Source: an uncultured cyanobacterium (GTDB lineage Bacteria; Cyanobacteriota; Cyanobacteriia; Cyanobacteriales; CAWUOF01). Taken from it: a stretch of 64,000 bases of DNA. Below the pieces are notes generated by a model. It was not told where the DNA came from. It made no database searches and saw nothing but the letters and a program-made list of their open reading frames with translations. The position numbers and the translations under genes were made by a program. Where the stretch lies: positions 1-64,000 of the forward strand of contig CAVUSO010000001.1 in NCBI GenBank assembly GCA_963744145.1, given 5' to 3'. Shown here one piece after another: positions 49,598-61,554 of the stretch (its first letter is position 1; each line of letters begins with the position of its first letter).

Positions 49598-51842
49598 CCC
49601 ACATTCCGCACCCTGAACTGTCACAATTCGTAATTACTGAAATAAACCTCTATCAAAGCTGAAATTTTGGCCCACTATCGTCAAAAAAGAGGTTTTTAAA
49701 CCTTGATGGTCAGGTCATCAATCTCTAGTTTATTAATAATTATTAGCAATAAGTAGAAAATGAGGATTTCGGCCCGTTTTTTCAATAAATTTTGGTGTTG
49801 ACTAGCTCTCTTAACTCAGTTTTGTTAGTTAATAACTGAACAATCTCTAGTTAAGATAGGTTAATTCTTAGCTCTTAATTAAATTCAAGAACTCATTCAA
49901 GCTAAATATATTTATGCTATATTAGCAAGAGGATTAAGTGATAAATTTATAGTAGCGCCGACAATCTTCTGGTAGCAGGGTCAGGATAAATTCACGTTCA
50001 TTACTCCAATTAGATACTTGTTGTTGTTGTTGAAATGTGACCAGGTGAATTGCTTGAAAGCATTGAAATATCCATTTAGCTGTTGGACGGTCTGTTGCTT
50101 TCCCTAACTGATTTTTTATGGTTGATTTTGCTGCTGATAAAGCGGCTCGTATTTGTCTTTGTGCTAGGGTATAAACCAGTAAACCTAGCCCCATAATTGC
50201 TGCTAATGATTCGATGCGTTCGGGACTTTTCAGATAAACACTATCTGCAAAAAATGTGGGATCTTTAAGAAAACCAAATCCTCTTTCACAGGATTGCTGT
50301 GCCTTATACTCAGTCAGCATTGCCTCATTACTAATTTCGCTTTCTGCTAAAACGTTCGTCGCAATTATGAATCTACCTGCACTGTTAGTTTCTTGTTCAA
50401 TTTGGCTTTTATCCTCGGTAAAACTGCCGAGAATTTGATAACACTTTTTTTGACTTTTATCTAATTTATCTGGTCTGATTTCCCTGACTTCTTTTGGTTC
50501 AATTTGATGATATTTAAAGGATTTCGATAGGTGAGTTAATGCCTTGACTGCATCAGCTTTACAGGCAAATCTATCTTGGGATAATTTTCCTAATTCGCTG
50601 TTCAGTTTGGTGGCGGATTTACTAATTTTCTGTGATAATTTCCGTAAATCTGATTCTCTTCTTTCTTGACTTTCCACAACTAGCCATCTTTGCTTTATCC
50701 CACCATAAGTCTGCTCTTTTGCCGCCCATGAATATCCAACTAATTTGCTTTTAGTAAATTCTGAATCTGGCAAATTTGCTACTAATTCTTGGGCTAATTT
50801 TATCTTTAACGGTACTCGGCTTAACCACTTAATTTCCGACATTAATTTGAGATTATCTTCTGTATATAAGGCACAATCAGCTACGATTAAACTATCTACT
50901 TTTATTTGATTTTTATAATCAATTGCTATCTTCGCAAAGCATGATGAGTCGGCTTGATTTCCTGACGCTGCTTTTAAAAATATTGGGATATCTCCATCCC
51001 CGGTACATACTAATTCTATTAAAAATTGTTTTAAATCAGGTCTATGGTCACGGGAATAACCGTAATTTATTTTGATTGGTTGTCGCGATTTTATTTGGGG
51101 CTCTCCTTGGTCTGACAATTCTGGCTGACTAAATATTATCTCTGGTAATTCTTGATGATATTCCCCATGTACGTGAATTGACGATGAGTCTAGATGGGAT
51201 GTATTTAAAGATATATCAAACTTTTTAACTGCATTTAAAGTAATTGCTAAAAATATTGTATCCAGTCCTTTACTATATAGTTTATCCATCACTCTTCCCA
51301 GTTTATCGTCATTTAAATATTCGGGCTTTACCCCGGCTCCTATTAAATGTTCACAGGGAATTGATTCAAAAAATTTCGGAAACATATATAATGGTTTAGA
51401 AATAAATCCTAACCCATTGATAATCATTGCTTTAACTGCTTGTCCAGCAGTAACTTTTTCTCCCGATTCTATCCCGATTAAATTATTAATTATTTCTACT
51501 ATTCCAATCGTATCTACTATTCCTGCTACTAACCCCAGATGGTCGATATTCTGAATTTTAATATCGTTTATGTCTACCATAGTTACCCAATTTAACGAGC
51601 CAATTTTTGGTTCAATTATCGCATTTTTAGGCTCGATTGCAATTAATTTTTTTACTCTTTCATTTTCCGGACTTCTGCTACGGTTAATCTCTCAATAACC
51701 CAGAGCATTCTTTCTGCTCATAAATCTAGTTTAATAAAATTTATTCTCATTAATCTCATTTATGATCTTTTTGAGCCAACTTTCTTCGTCCCCAATTTTT
51801 ACCCTTTTATTAAGATGTGCCAGTGAGGGTGCGGAATGTGGG
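49598..51842 (-). mobile_element. Complete IS1634-family insertion sequence
   Basis: Terminal inverted repeats cccacattccgcaccct / agggtgcggaatgtggg; 6-bp target duplication ctacaa at 49592-49597 and 51843-51848. Confidence 0.93.
49934..51580 (-). CDS. IS1634-family DDE transposase
   Basis: IDHLGLVAG, LNDDKLGR, HLDSSS, YGYSRDHRPDLKQF, ERGFGFLK. Confidence 0.95.
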   Translation of the reverse strand: MVDINDIKIQNIDHLGLVAGIVDTIGIVEIINNLIGIESGEKVTAGQAVKAMIINGLGFISKPLYMFPKFFESIPCEHLIGAGVKPEYLNDDKLGRVMDKLYSKGLDTIFLAITLNAVKKFDISLNTSHLDSSSIHVHGEYHQELPEIIFSQPELSDQGEPQIKSRQPIKINYGYSRDHRPDLKQFLIELVCTGDGDIPIFLKAASGNQADSSCFAKIAIDYKNQIKVDSLIVADCALYTEDNLKLMSEIKWLSRVPLKIKLAQELVANLPDSEFTKSKLVGYSWAAKEQTYGGIKQRWLVVESQERRESDLRKLSQKISKSATKLNSELGKLSQDRFACKADAVKALTHLSKSFKYHQIEPKEVREIRPDKLDKSQKKCYQILGSFTEDKSQIEQETNSAGRFIIATNVLAESEISNEAMLTEYKAQQSCERGFGFLKDPTFFADSVYLKSPERIESLAAIMGLGLLVYTLAQRQIRAALSAAKSTIKNQLGKATDRPTAKWIFQCFQAIHLVTFQQQQQVSNWSNEREFILTLLPEDCRRYYKFIT

Positions 51843-51863
51843 CTACAAGTACGGGAGAGCCAC

Positions 51864-54479
51864 CTAAAACAGCACAAAATTAGCAGCAGTGAGATTACCT
51901 GCTGACAATCCATATACCGTAGATAAAAGTTGTCCAGTGCTGGTCACTGTAATATTAGTATTAGAGCCATTACCAGTAATTGTGAGTTGATTGAAAGTTA
52001 ACCCACCCGATAGTCCCAAGAAATCTCGACCAGGTTGAAAGTTGATGATATTAGAAATACCTTTATTAATCGCAAAGGTGTCGTTACCAATTCCACCGAT
52101 TAAGGTATCATTACCCAGGTCACCACTTAAGAAATCACTTCCAGTTCCAGCATAGATAATATCGTTACCTTGACCACCAAAGATCGTGTTATTCCCAGTG
52201 CCACCATAGATGATGTCATTTCCTTGGTTACCGTAGAGTAAACTATTACCAATACCACCATAAATCCTATCTGCTCCCGACCCTCCTAAAATCGTGTCGT
52301 TACCAATTCCACCATAAATCAGGTCGTTTCCTAAGTCTCCTGACAGGTAATCATTACCTTTACCACCATAGAGAATGTCATCCCCTTGACCACCAAACAT
52401 GGTGTTGTTCCCACTACCACCATAGATGACATCATTCCCTTGATTACCGTAAAACAAACCATTCCCAATAGCACCAAACAGAGTATCACTCCCAGAACCT
52501 CCATAGATAATATCGCTCCCAGAACCTCCATAAATTAGGTCGTTTCCTAAATCTCCCGACAGATAATCATTCCCTGTACCACCAAACAGAGTATCATCAC
52601 CTTGACCACCAAACATGGTGTTATTTCCCACTCCTCCGTAGAGGAGGTCATTGTCTTGATTTCCGTAGAGTAAATTATTTCCTGAGTCTGCAAATAGGGT
52701 ATCACTTCCAGAACCACCGAGAATCGTGTCGTCTCCTTGACCACCATAGATCAGATCATTCCCTAAATCTCCCGAGAGATAATCATTCCCTTGATTCCCA
52801 TAGAGAATATCGTTCCCTTGACCACCATAAAGAATGTCATTACCTGGACCACCAAATAAGGTATCGTTACCTTGGTTTCCATAGATGACATCGTTACCAG
52901 TACCACCGTAAATTAAATCATTTCCTGCTAAGGCTAAGGCAATATTATTGCCCGTGCCCGATGGTAAAGTAGCGACATCATCATTAGAGGTGAAATAGAT
53001 GGCATTATCGATCGCGATCAAACCATAACTATAAATAATCCCATTACTAGAATTTGATTTGTTGCCAGAAAAAGTGGTATTAGTAATATTGGCAGAGCCA
53101 ACACCTTGGGATATAAATCCACCTCCTAATCCGGTAGTAATATTATTAGTAAAAGTGCTATTTTGAATAGTAAAGTTAGAGTTGTATCCGCCAATTCCAG
53201 CACCACCAGCAGTATAAGATTTATTATTGCTAATTGTGCTATTTTGAATAGTTACTAATGAAATACCAAAATAAGCTCCACCATAAGTAAATGAAGATTC
53301 ATTACTGTCGATACGACTATTAGTAATTAAAGTAGGAGTTTTTTCAACGGAAATAGCACTATTAGCAGTTTTATTATTAGTAAAAACCGAATTATTTATG
53401 GTTAAACCTGCTTGCTGATTAATATAAACGCAAGTTATACTATTATTAGTAAACGTACTACCAATTATGCTAGTCTGACCACCAGCATTACCATAAACTA
53501 CAAAATCACTACCGAAGTTGTTACTAAATATGCTGTTCGTTATAGTCAAGCTGCTTCCCGAAAGATAAATCCCACCGTTATTGTTAATAAACTGACAGTT
53601 TTGGAGATTTAATGTAATATTATTTCCACTGATAATCCCCGATTCTATCCCAGGAAAGGGAGAGGCATAACCATTAGTAATAGTCAAGTTATTAGCAGCA
53701 AAGTTGATATTCGATTGCACATTAAAAATGTTGTTAGCATTATTACCGCTCAGGGTAACTAATCCTCCCCCATCAATGGCTGTATTTGCTGCGATCGCGA
53801 TGGGACTACTCAGGGTAATCGTGACAGGTGTCCCACCGGTATTAAAGGTAACATTACCACCACCTGCTAATGCAGCTCTTAATGCTGCTTCCGTAATACT
53901 TTGTGGTGTCCCATTACCGACTATACCAGCAGCGACAAATTGATATTGTTTTCGGGTTGCTAATGTAAAAGCTAAGGGGGATTTAATTTTACCAATTCTG
54001 AATCCTAAATCCCAATTACCACCTTGGTCTGCACTACCTGTTAAATTAGTAGAAGCGGCAATATTTGTTTGGGTTATTTCCCTTAACTGTTGAATGAATG
54101 CGACACCTTTTCCCGCCGCAACATTACAACCATAAAGTAAAATATCTGCATCTGGGGTGAGATATTTGTGCCACTGTTGTAGGTAAGGGTAATATGGTGG
54201 TAAAGTGTCTGAATTCAGTTGAATATTGCCCAAATAAATACATCCAGGACTACCATGAGAAAAAATATGAACTGTTGCTAGTTTTCCCGAACAATTAGCA
54301 AATTTTTCGATTTCTGTGGTAATTTGCTCAATGCCATTGCGATCGCGCTCTAGCACAATTACCTTAATATTTGGTAATACTCCTTGAACTAGAAACCCAA
54401 TGTCATCTACTCCTGAATCGATGAATAGAAGCGATCGGGATTGATGGATTTGCTCAGAATACTTGGACTTCAACAGCAT
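51864..54479 (-). CDS. DUF4347 + beta-helix + RTX Ca-binding repeat exoprotein (paralog A)
   Basis: [26 protein letters not shown]-rich beta-helix; GGxGND nonapeptides; ends LTAANFVLF. Confidence 0.92.
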   Translation of the reverse strand: MLLKSKYSEQIHQSRSLLFIDSGVDDIGFLVQGVLPNIKVIVLERDRNGIEQITTEIEKFANCSGKLATVHIFSHGSPGCIYLGNIQLNSDTLPPYYPYLQQWHKYLTPDADILLYGCNVAAGKGVAFIQQLREITQTNIAASTNLTGSADQGGNWDLGFRIGKIKSPLAFTLATRKQYQFVAAGIVGNGTPQSITEAALRAALAGGGNVTFNTGGTPVTITLSSPIAIAANTAIDGGGLVTLSGNNANNIFNVQSNINFAANNLTITNGYASPFPGIESGIISGNNITLNLQNCQFINNNGGIYLSGSSLTITNSIFSNNFGSDFVVYGNAGGQTSIIGSTFTNNSITCVYINQQAGLTINNSVFTNNKTANSAISVEKTPTLITNSRIDSNESSFTYGGAYFGISLVTIQNSTISNNKSYTAGGAGIGGYNSNFTIQNSTFTNNITTGLGGGFISQGVGSANITNTTFSGNKSNSSNGIIYSYGLIAIDNAIYFTSNDDVATLPSGTGNNIALALAGNDLIYGGTGNDVIYGNQGNDTLFGGPGNDILYGGQGNDILYGNQGNDYLSGDLGNDLIYGGQGDDTILGGSGSDTLFADSGNNLLYGNQDNDLLYGGVGNNTMFGGQGDDTLFGGTGNDYLSGDLGNDLIYGGSGSDIIYGGSGSDTLFGAIGNGLFYGNQGNDVIYGGSGNNTMFGGQGDDILYGGKGNDYLSGDLGNDLIYGGIGNDTILGGSGADRIYGGIGNSLLYGNQGNDIIYGGTGNNTIFGGQGNDIIYAGTGSDFLSGDLGNDTLIGGIGNDTFAINKGISNIINFQPGRDFLGLSGGLTFNQLTITGNGSNTNITVTSTGQLLSTVYGLSAGNLTAANFVLF

Positions 54480-54685
54480 ACTGGATTACCCCCATTAAAT
54501 CTTGCTATTATTACTTTTTTAAAATTATGGTACCAAAATTTCCAGGAATGAACCCTGATTAGCGAATATCCGGCTTTATGGTCAGAAGTCCACTATTGGC
54601 TAATTGCTGGACTCGCGCGATCGCGCTTCGGGCAAAAGTGCTAAACTAGAAACAATAATTCGAGGAAATCGCTAGGGAGGTTGAG

Positions 54686-54937
54686 TTGATGAGTCCGTTA
54701 CTACAACAGGTGTTGCAAGAAATTAATCAATTGACAATAGAAGAACAATTTGAGGTACTTAATCACACGACAGAACAATTGAAACGTCGGGCTGTTACCC
54801 AAAATAAATCTAAAAGAAGTTGGCGAGAGTTACGTGGGATTACTTCTAATTTATTAGAAAGTCAGGATGCTCAGGAATGGATCAATCAATTACGCAGTGA
54901 ATGGGATAAACGAGAAAAAGGAATTTTTGAGGGGTGA
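54686..54937 (+). CDS. Putative antitoxin
   Basis: Small ORF (KRSWRELRG...DAQEWINQLRSEWD) overlapping the PIN gene by 4 bp. Confidence 0.75.
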   Translation: MMSPLLQQVLQEINQLTIEEQFEVLNHTTEQLKRRAVTQNKSKRSWRELRGITSNLLESQDAQEWINQLRSEWDKREKGIFEG

Positions 54938-55383
54938 TGAAACTTGAGGTCGCATTTCAACAAGTGAATCGGCTTTTTATTGATTCTGCCCCAGTAATTT
55001 ATTACGTCGATATGAGCGCGATTTATTTTCCAATTATGGATGGTATCTTTGATTGGATTGAGTCGAGGTTAATTCGTCTAGTAACATCTCCAGTTACCTT
55101 GACTGAATGTTTAGTCTTACCAATCCGTCAAAATCATCGATCTCAACAACAATTGTTTATCGATATTATTACATCTCAAGACACGGCTGATTTTGTTGAG
55201 ATTACTTCAACTATTGCCACAAATGCTGCCGAAATTCGGGCAAGATATAATCTACAATTACCTGATGCTTTCCAAATTGCAACAGCATTAGAAACCAACT
55301 GTGAGGCGTTTTTGACTAATGATGTTCAACTAAAACGAGTTACCGAGTTAAGGGTTTTAGTAGTAGGTGAGTTAGAATTGTGA
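54934..55383 (+). CDS. PIN-domain (VapC-like) toxin
   Basis: FIDSAPVIY, TLTECL, LPDAFQIATA, FLTND. Confidence 0.9.
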   Translation: MMKLEVAFQQVNRLFIDSAPVIYYVDMSAIYFPIMDGIFDWIESRLIRLVTSPVTLTECLVLPIRQNHRSQQQLFIDIITSQDTADFVEITSTIATNAAEIRARYNLQLPDAFQIATALETNCEAFLTNDVQLKRVTELRVLVVGELEL

Positions 55384-55736
55384 TTAGTCTATCACCTATT
55401 TATGAAATCCGGATATTCAAGTTTGCCGATCGCTACCAAGACTAATCACCAGAATGAATCCCCAAAAAACCTAACTCTAATTTTTCTTTCTCAACAGCAA
55501 TTATACAATTTTTTAATTCCCTAGATATTTTTTATAATACCAGTAAAGAAAATATAGAAAATTATATAGCCCACCGGATAAGTTTCTCTCTTGTGAGTGA
55601 ATGAATCTCTCTTGTGAGCATATAATATGATCCGGTGCAGCATGAAAACATTGATATAGCGTTGTTTTAGCGTTTATACGGTGTATACAATATTTTTATC
55701 CAACCGATTGACAGGTATCAAATGAGCGGATCAAAC

Positions 55737-57409
55737 CTAAAACAGCACAAAATTAGCAGCAGTGAGATTACTGGCTGACAATCCATAGACCGTAGATAAA
55801 AGTTGTCCAGTAGCCGTGAGGGTAATATTAGTATTAGAGCCATTACCAGTAATTGCGAGTTGATTGAAAGTTAACCCACCCGATAATCCCAAGAAATCTC
55901 GACCGGGTTGAAAATTGATGATATTAGAAATACCTTTATTAATCGCAAAGGTGTCATTACCGATCCCACCGATTAAGGTATCATTACCTAAGTCACCACT
56001 CAAGAAATCACTTCCAGTTCCAGCATAGATAATATCGTTACCTTGACCACCAAAGATAGTGTTATTCCCAGTGCCACCATAGATGATGTCATTCCCTTGA
56101 TTCCCATAGAGTAAACTCTTACCGGAGCCACCATAAATCGTATCAGCTCCAGAACCACCATAAATGATATCGTTACCAATTCCACCATAGATCAGGTCGT
56201 TTCCTAAATCTCCTGACAGATAATCATTACCTGTACCACCAAAGATAGTGTCATCACCTTTCCCACCAAACATGGTGTTATTCCCCACACCACCATAAAG
56301 AATGTCATTTCCTTGGTTACCGTAAAGTAAATTATCGCCTGAATCACCAAACAGTGAATCGTTACCTTGACCTCCTAAAATGGTGTCATTCCCTTGACCT
56401 CCATAAATCAAATCATTGCCTAAATCTCCAGATAAATAATCATTACCCTGATTTCCATAGAGAATGTCATCACCTTGACCACTATAATTATTACTAGTGA
56501 ATCTACTGTTAATTATAGTATTACCAGTAAATGTACTATTAATTATAGTATTATTACCATTAAACCCCAAAGATACGGGACTATTGGATTGGCTATTTGT
56601 GTTGTTGTTAATAAATTGACTGTTGATAATTTGATTATTAGGATATTCACTACAGGAAATTACATTAGTATTGTTATTTAATTGACAATTTTGTAAAGTT
56701 AATGCGCTATTATTTCCAGTTACAATACTATTAATACTATTAGTAATAGTAATGTTACTAGCCTCAAAGTTTACGCTGGGCTGAACGTTAAAAACTCCGT
56801 GAGCATTATTACCACTTAGGGTAACTAATCCTCCCCCATCAATAGTGGTATTTGCCGCGATCGCTAATTCACTCCCAAGGGTAATAGTTACAGGTGTCCC
56901 ACCACTATTAAAAGTTACATTACCACCACCTACTAATGCAGGGTTGTTAATGTAAAAGCTAAGGGGGATTTAATTTTACCGATTCTGAATCCTAAATCCC
57001 AATTACCACCTTGGTCTGCACTACCTGTTAAATTAGTAGATGCGGCAAGATTTGCTTGGGTTAATTCACTTAACTGTTTAACAAATGCTGCACCGTTGAC
57101 CGATGCTACATTGCAACCATAAAGTAAAATATCTGCATCTGGGGTGAGATATTTGTGCCACTGTTGTAGGTAAGGGTAATATTGTGGTAAAGTGTCTGAA
57201 TTCAGTTGAATATTGCCCAAGTAGAGACATCCGGGACTACCATGAGAAAAAATATGAACTGCTGCTAGTTTTCCCGAACCAGTAGTAAATTTTTTAATTT
57301 CTATGGTAATTTGCTCAATGCCATTGCGATCGCGCTCTAGTACAATTACCTTAATATTTGGTAATACTCCCTGAGCAAGAAACTCAATATCATCTACTCC
57401 TGAATCGAT
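55737..57409 (-). pseudogene. DUF4347/beta-helix/RTX paralog B, 5'-truncated with internal deletion
   Basis: Homology to paralog A runs to 57409. The start is lost, there is a frameshifting deletion at about 56940, and the core is shortened. Confidence 0.85.
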
Positions 57410-57411
57410 TT

Positions 57412-58648
57412 ATGTTGGATGCAAAATCACTATTTGACGAAAGTTATTATGATACCGCTAATCCAGATGTAGCGAGTGCGATCGCGAAAGGACAAATAAC
57501 AAGTGGATGGCAGCATTTCCAGTTATTTGGAGACAAGGAAGGGCGAAATCCCAGCGCTTTCTTTAATACACAATTTTATCTTTCTGAATATAACGATGTA
57601 GCTAATGCAGTTAAGCAAGGTTATACAACCGCGTTCGATCATTATATTGCCAATGGACAAAAAGAAGGTCGTGACGGTAGTGTTTTATTTGATGATAATT
57701 ATTATTTAAGCCATAACGCCGATGTCCAATCAGCAGTTACCAGCTCGGCTAGTTCGGTAGATCCATTAACAGGAATTCAACATTATATTCAATTTGGTCT
57801 AAAGGAAGGGCGGGCAGGTTCAATTGAATTTGACCCTACTTACTATATAAATAATAATGCTGATTTAAAAGCAGATAACCTTACCAATTATCAAGCAGCG
57901 GAACATTTTGTCCTGAATGGAGAAAACGAAGGACGTTCGAGCGTCTTCAGCTTTTGATGTGCAATATTACTTAAATAACAATGCGGATTTAAAAACGGCT
58001 AGATTAAGCTATCAGCAAGCATTTCAACATTATGTTACTAATGGCTTAAAAGAAGAACGGGTGGCTAGAGCTGGACTGATTAATGCTGGAAGTAACAATG
58101 ATCAAATTAACATGAGTTTACAAATATTCAGTAGTAATAAAACACCCAATGTAGTGATTTATAGTGTTAATTCGCCCCATGCGCTAGTTCCTGGTTCCAA
58201 TTATGTTGGATTTCCTGGTCCCAATTTCAGTTATATAGTAGCACCTGGAGTTGGTATTCCAGCCATACAAGCCACTTGGACTTCTGTTAATACTGATGGT
58301 GTTTATACTGTCACCAATAATACTGACACTCCGATTCATAACTTAAGTTTTTATAATTCTTATTATCCCATAGGAAGATTTGCCAATGGTTTTAGTCTGT
58401 CTGATGCGGGAGGTATTAATGCTTCTGGTCAAAATGATTTTAAACCAACCGATGTAGCTGGTAGTATATCTGATATTTTTGGGATCATACAGTACGATCC
58501 TTATTATGGTAACGGCGAATTAAATTTTATCAGTGGTAATAAAACTGGACTTCTACCCCATCAGTCAATGGACATCGTTTTTCACTTTACTGTTCCTCAA
58601 GATTTATCCATAAATCATCCAGTAATTATACTAACTACACCCAGCTAG
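57412..58648 (+). CDS. Surface-type protein with FD..YY...N.DV...H....G..EGR repeats; frameshift near 57935
   Basis: Five ~40-aa repeats across ORFs 57358..57957 and 57917..58648; removing one T gives EGRRASSAFDVQYY. Confidence 0.7.
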
Positions 58649-58761
58649 TATGATTGACTATTAAAACCTTTCTTGATTATTTTCTGAGTGGGGAGGGAGC
58701 GCGATCGCCGGAGTGAAACTATCCAGAGCCTAACATTTAATCACAACATTGCCAAGAGTAC

Positions 58762-61554
58762 CTAAAACAGCACAAAATTAGCAGCAGTGAGATTACTGGC
58801 TGACAATCCATATACCGTAGATAAAAGTTGTCCAGTCGCAGTGATAGTAATGTTAGTATTAGAGCCATTACCAGTAATTGTGAGTTGATTGAAAGTTAAC
58901 CCACCCGATAATCCTAAGAAATCTCGACCGGGTTGAAAATTGATGATATTAGAAATACCTTTATTAATCGCAAAGGTGTCGTTACCGATCCCACCAATTA
59001 AGGTATCATTACCCAGGTCACCACTCAAGAAATCACTCCCAGTACCAGCATAAATAATATCGTTACCTTGACCACCAAACATAGTGTTATTCCCAGTACC
59101 ACCATAGATGATGTCATTTCCTTGATTCCCATAGAATAAACTATTCCCAACACCACCAAACAGAGTATCGCTTCCAGAACCACCATAAATGATATCGTTC
59201 CCAGAACCACCATAAATTAGGTCATTTCCTAAATCTCCGGACAGATAATCATTCCCTGTACCACCAACGATAGTGTCATCACCTTTCCCACCAAACATGG
59301 TATTATTTCCCACTCCTCCATAAAGGAGATCGTTGTCTTGATTTCCGTAGAGTAAATTATTTCCTGAGTCACCAAACAAAGTATCACTTCCAGAACCACC
59401 GAGAATCGTGTCGTTTCCTTGACCACCATAGATCAAATCATTCCCTAAATCTCCCGACAGATAATCATTCCCTTGATTCCCATAGAGAATATCGTTACCT
59501 TGACCACCAAATATAGTGTTATTACCAGTGCCACCATAGATGAGGTCATTCCCTTGATTCCCATAAAGTAAACTTTGACCGAAGCCACCATAAATCGTAT
59601 CTGTTCCAGACCCTCCTAAAATCGTGTCGTTGCCAATTCCACCATAAATCAGGTCGTTTCCTAAGTCTCCTGAGAGGTAATCATTCCCTGTACCACCAAC
59701 GAGAGTGTCATCACCTTGACCACCAAACATGGTGTTATTTCCTACTCCTCCGTAGAGGGTATCATTTCCAGAGCCACCGAGAATTGTGTCGTTTCCTTGA
59801 CCAGCATAAATTAGATCATTCCCTAAGTCTCCCGAGAGATAGTCATTACCTTGATTCCCATAGAGAATATCGTTTCCTTGACCACCATAAAGAATGTCAT
59901 TACCTAGACCACCAAATAAGGTATCGTTACCTTGGTTTCCATAGATGACATCGTTACTACTACCACCGTAAATTAAATCATTTCCTGCTAAAGCTAAGGC
60001 AATATTATTATTCGTGCCCGATGGTAAAGTAGCGACATCATCATTAGAGGTGAAATAGATAGCATTATCGATCGCGATCCAGCCATAAGGAGACATAATA
60101 CTAGAATTTGATTTGTTGCCAGAAAAAGTGGTATTAGTAATATTGGCAGAGCCAAGACCTTGGGATAGAAATCCACCTCCTAATCCGGCGGTAGTAATAT
60201 TATTAGTAAAAGTGCTATTTTGAATAGTAAAATTAGAGTTGTCTCCGCCAATTCCACCACCACCAGCAGTATCAATTCCACCACCACCAGCATAAGATAT
60301 ATTATTGCTAATTGTGCTATTTTGAATAGTTACTAATGGACTACCGGCAAAATTAGCTCCGCCAGGACTAAATGAAGATTGATTACTGTCGATAAGACTA
60401 TTAGTAATTAAAGTAGGAGTTTCATCGACTTCAATAGCACTACCAGCAGTTTTATTATTAGTAAAAACCGAATTATTTATGGTTAAACCTGCTTGCTGCA
60501 CTATATAAACGCAAGGTATACTATTATTATTAAACCTACTACCAATTATGCTAGTCTGACCACCAGCATTACCATAAACTACAAAACTATTACCGAAGTT
60601 GTTACTAAATATGCTGTTCGTTATAGTCAAGCTGCTTCCCGAAAGGTAAATCCCACCGTTATTGTTAATAAACTGACAGTTTTGGAGATTTAATGTAATA
60701 CTATTTCCACTGATAATTCCCGATCCTACCCCAAGAGGGGCATAACCATTAGTAATAGTCAAGTTATTAGCAGCAAAGTTGATATTCGATTGCACATTAA
60801 AAATGTTGTTAGCATTATTACCGCTCAGGGTAACTAATCCTCCCCCATCAATAGTGGTGTTAGCTGCGATCGCGATGGGACTACTCAGGGTAATCGTGAC
60901 AGGTGTCCCACCCGTATTAAAGGTAACATTACCACCACCTGCTAATGCAGCTCTTAATGCTGCTTCTGTAATACTTTGTGGTGTCCCATTACCGACTATA
61001 CCAGCAGCGACAAATTGATATTGTTTTCGGGTTGTTAATGTAAAAGCTAAGGGGGATTTAATTTTACCGATTCTGAATCCTAAATCCCAATTACCACCTT
61101 GGTCTGCACTACCTGTTAAATTAGTAGATGCGGCAATATTTGTTTGGGTTATTTCACTTAACTGTTGAATGAATGCGACACCTTTTCCCGCCGCAACATT
61201 ACAACCATAAAGTAAAATATCTGCATCTGGGGTGAGATATTTGTGCCACTTTTGTAGGTAAGGGTAATATGGTGGTAAAGTGTCTGAATTCAGTTGAATA
61301 TTGCCCAAATAAATACATCCAGGACTACCATGAGAAAAAATATGAACTGTTGCTAGTTTTCCCGAACAATTAGCAAATTTTTCGATTTCTGTGGTAATTT
61401 GCTCAATTCCGTTGCGATCGCGCTCCAGTACAATTACCTTAATATTTGGTAATACTCCTTGAACTAGAAACCCAATGTCATCTACTCCTGAATCGATGAA
61501 TAGGAGCGATCGGGATTGATGGATTTGCTGAGAATATTTGGACTTCAACAGCAT
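58762..61554 (-). CDS. DUF4347 + beta-helix + RTX exoprotein (paralog C)
   Basis: Near-identical ends to paralog A; more RTX repeats; divergent core. Confidence 0.92.
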   Translation of the reverse strand: MLLKSKYSQQIHQSRSLLFIDSGVDDIGFLVQGVLPNIKVIVLERDRNGIEQITTEIEKFANCSGKLATVHIFSHGSPGCIYLGNIQLNSDTLPPYYPYLQKWHKYLTPDADILLYGCNVAAGKGVAFIQQLSEITQTNIAASTNLTGSADQGGNWDLGFRIGKIKSPLAFTLTTRKQYQFVAAGIVGNGTPQSITEAALRAALAGGGNVTFNTGGTPVTITLSSPIAIAANTTIDGGGLVTLSGNNANNIFNVQSNINFAANNLTITNGYAPLGVGSGIISGNSITLNLQNCQFINNNGGIYLSGSSLTITNSIFSNNFGNSFVVYGNAGGQTSIIGSRFNNNSIPCVYIVQQAGLTINNSVFTNNKTAGSAIEVDETPTLITNSLIDSNQSSFSPGGANFAGSPLVTIQNSTISNNISYAGGGGIDTAGGGGIGGDNSNFTIQNSTFTNNITTAGLGGGFLSQGLGSANITNTTFSGNKSNSSIMSPYGWIAIDNAIYFTSNDDVATLPSGTNNNIALALAGNDLIYGGSSNDVIYGNQGNDTLFGGLGNDILYGGQGNDILYGNQGNDYLSGDLGNDLIYAGQGNDTILGGSGNDTLYGGVGNNTMFGGQGDDTLVGGTGNDYLSGDLGNDLIYGGIGNDTILGGSGTDTIYGGFGQSLLYGNQGNDLIYGGTGNNTIFGGQGNDILYGNQGNDYLSGDLGNDLIYGGQGNDTILGGSGSDTLFGDSGNNLLYGNQDNDLLYGGVGNNTMFGGKGDDTIVGGTGNDYLSGDLGNDLIYGGSGNDIIYGGSGSDTLFGGVGNSLFYGNQGNDIIYGGTGNNTMFGGQGNDIIYAGTGSDFLSGDLGNDTLIGGIGNDTFAINKGISNIINFQPGRDFLGLSGGLTFNQLTITGNGSNTNITITATGQLLSTVYGLSASNLTAANFVLF

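Larger units (their letters stand above)
49477..51861. mobile_element. ISL3-like MITE (about 135 bp) interrupted by IS1634
   Basis: Left end ggttctcccgtacttatggtg; with the IS removed, the right end reads ggctctcccgtacttgtagtg on the reverse strand. Confidence 0.7.

Noticed and set aside
55572-55637. Direct repeat tctctcttgtgag x2 inside a caccggat/atccggtg inverted pair as an ncRNA or operator
   Set aside because: Too short and single-copy in this window to assign a function.
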